Shown piece after piece: positions 62,993 to 64,000 of a stretch of 64,000 nucleotides of DNA. The position numbers were made by a program, and so were the translations under genes. The notes under the pieces were generated by a model. The model had not been told where the DNA came from. It saw only the letters and a program-made list of their open reading frames with translations, and searched no databases. This DNA comes from Oikopleura dioica (Eukaryota; Animalia; Chordata): contig OU015569.1 in assembly GCA_907165135.1 (NCBI GenBank), positions 8,184,001 through 8,248,000 on the forward strand. The letters run 5' to 3'. How positions within the stretch are numbered: position 1 is the stretch's first letter; the number at the start of each line of letters is the position of its first letter.

Positions 62993-64000
62993 ACTTCATC
63001 GAGTAACTTTGTTGTTTTCAGAAGTATAAATGTTTTTGAATAATTACTATTCCTGTAGTAATAAAAATCCAAGCTAAGATTCTCGAATTTACTTGCGCTT
63101 AACGTATTGCTTTTGTAGTTTCACAATGAAATGACCTTTTTGCGTAAGATTTAGCTTGAAACATTCCAAAAATCATTCTCACACCCGTCGATCACGTTTG
63201 AATTAAAGCCTCCATCGCATATTCTGCTGTAAATGTGATCGCGCAGCGGGGTAGTAGCGTATGTTCGAGCAGTACACTCACTTTTGAAGGCGTCAGTTGG
63301 ACAGTCAGGGAGTTCCCGTAGTAGAAGCAAGTACCAGCTTACTGGCTCAACGTACTGGAGCCGACTAAACGCAACTACGATAATCGTTTACCATGAATTG
63401 AATTTAACCTAAACGCGTCCGGCAAATCCGCACAAGTGCAATTAAAACAGCTCACTCGACCTTCTTCTCTCAGAATCTCCCAGTCCAACTCAGTCCATCC
63501 CGGGTAAAAAATCTCCTCAGAAATCATAAAGATATATTATTCTAAGACGAGCAATTCAAAAGATGACGCCCATTGTTGAGAAGATTTAACCTCATTTACG
63601 CAGTTGAACCATAACGACCGGATGCTCAAACGCATCAATCATCGTTGTGTTTTTATGAATCCTGATTGCAATTAATTGAATTTTATTTGTTCAGTTCGCA
63701 ATGGTAGCAGTAAATATTGTGTTAGACAGAAAAGAGTTGTTAAAGGGTCTTCGAATGTATCAGGCTCGAGTGTACTCGATACTTATTCCTCGGACTTTTG
63801 GCACGTTAGTGAAATTGTTGAGGCGATTTGATAGGCGTCACAGAAAAAAAGAAGAAGAGAACAAATTGCATCAGAAAACGTTTTGTTAAATCATTGAGCC
63901 CATGTGTAGTAATACTCATATCAAATATTTTAAAGCGAATGCAGCAAAATTAATGTGGCAATAGAAGCTGCACAACTGTAAATTGCAGCTGAGGAACCCT

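Noticed and set aside
63100-64000. Possible exons of a further gene at the window end
   Set aside because: Only short fragments without recognisable motifs; strand and model cannot be supported.

Overview
Gene-dense eukaryotic (chordate-like) window with very short introns (~40-70 nt), at least one GA-AG intron, and co-directional genes only tens to a few hundred nt apart with splice-acceptor AG just before the ATG. This is most consistent with the appendicularian tunicate Oikopleura dioica (inference; not verifiable without a database). Minus-strand cluster: VTI1 - SCFD2 - SMC6. Plus-strand array: GNB5 - NCKAP5-like - PDZD8 - TP53BP1 - ACAD9-like - SLC25A32 - Staufen - Pro-rich ORF. Further on: PCNA, a RING protein, two catalytically dead PLA2-fold proteins, an annexin, LDHD, a sulfotransferase, cyclin B and a class A GPCR. 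Two mobile elements have precise boundaries: a 6,479-bp Ty3/gypsy LTR retrotransposon with identical 256-bp LTRs inserted antisense into a coding exon of the NCKAP5-like gene, and a 636-bp foldback MITE with an 8-bp TSD. The most unusual observations are (1) a putatively N-myristoylated annexin fused at its C-terminus to a complete ricin-B/beta-trefoil lectin domain, (2) a duplicated fixed-spacing bipartite motif in front of both gag and the 3' ORF of the retrotransposon, (3) a compact 53BP1 retaining its OD, Tudor, UDR and BRCT-like modules in a lineage reported to lack c-NHEJ, and (4) a PDZ-less, C1-less PDZD8. Exon boundaries were read by eye and are approximate unless stated.
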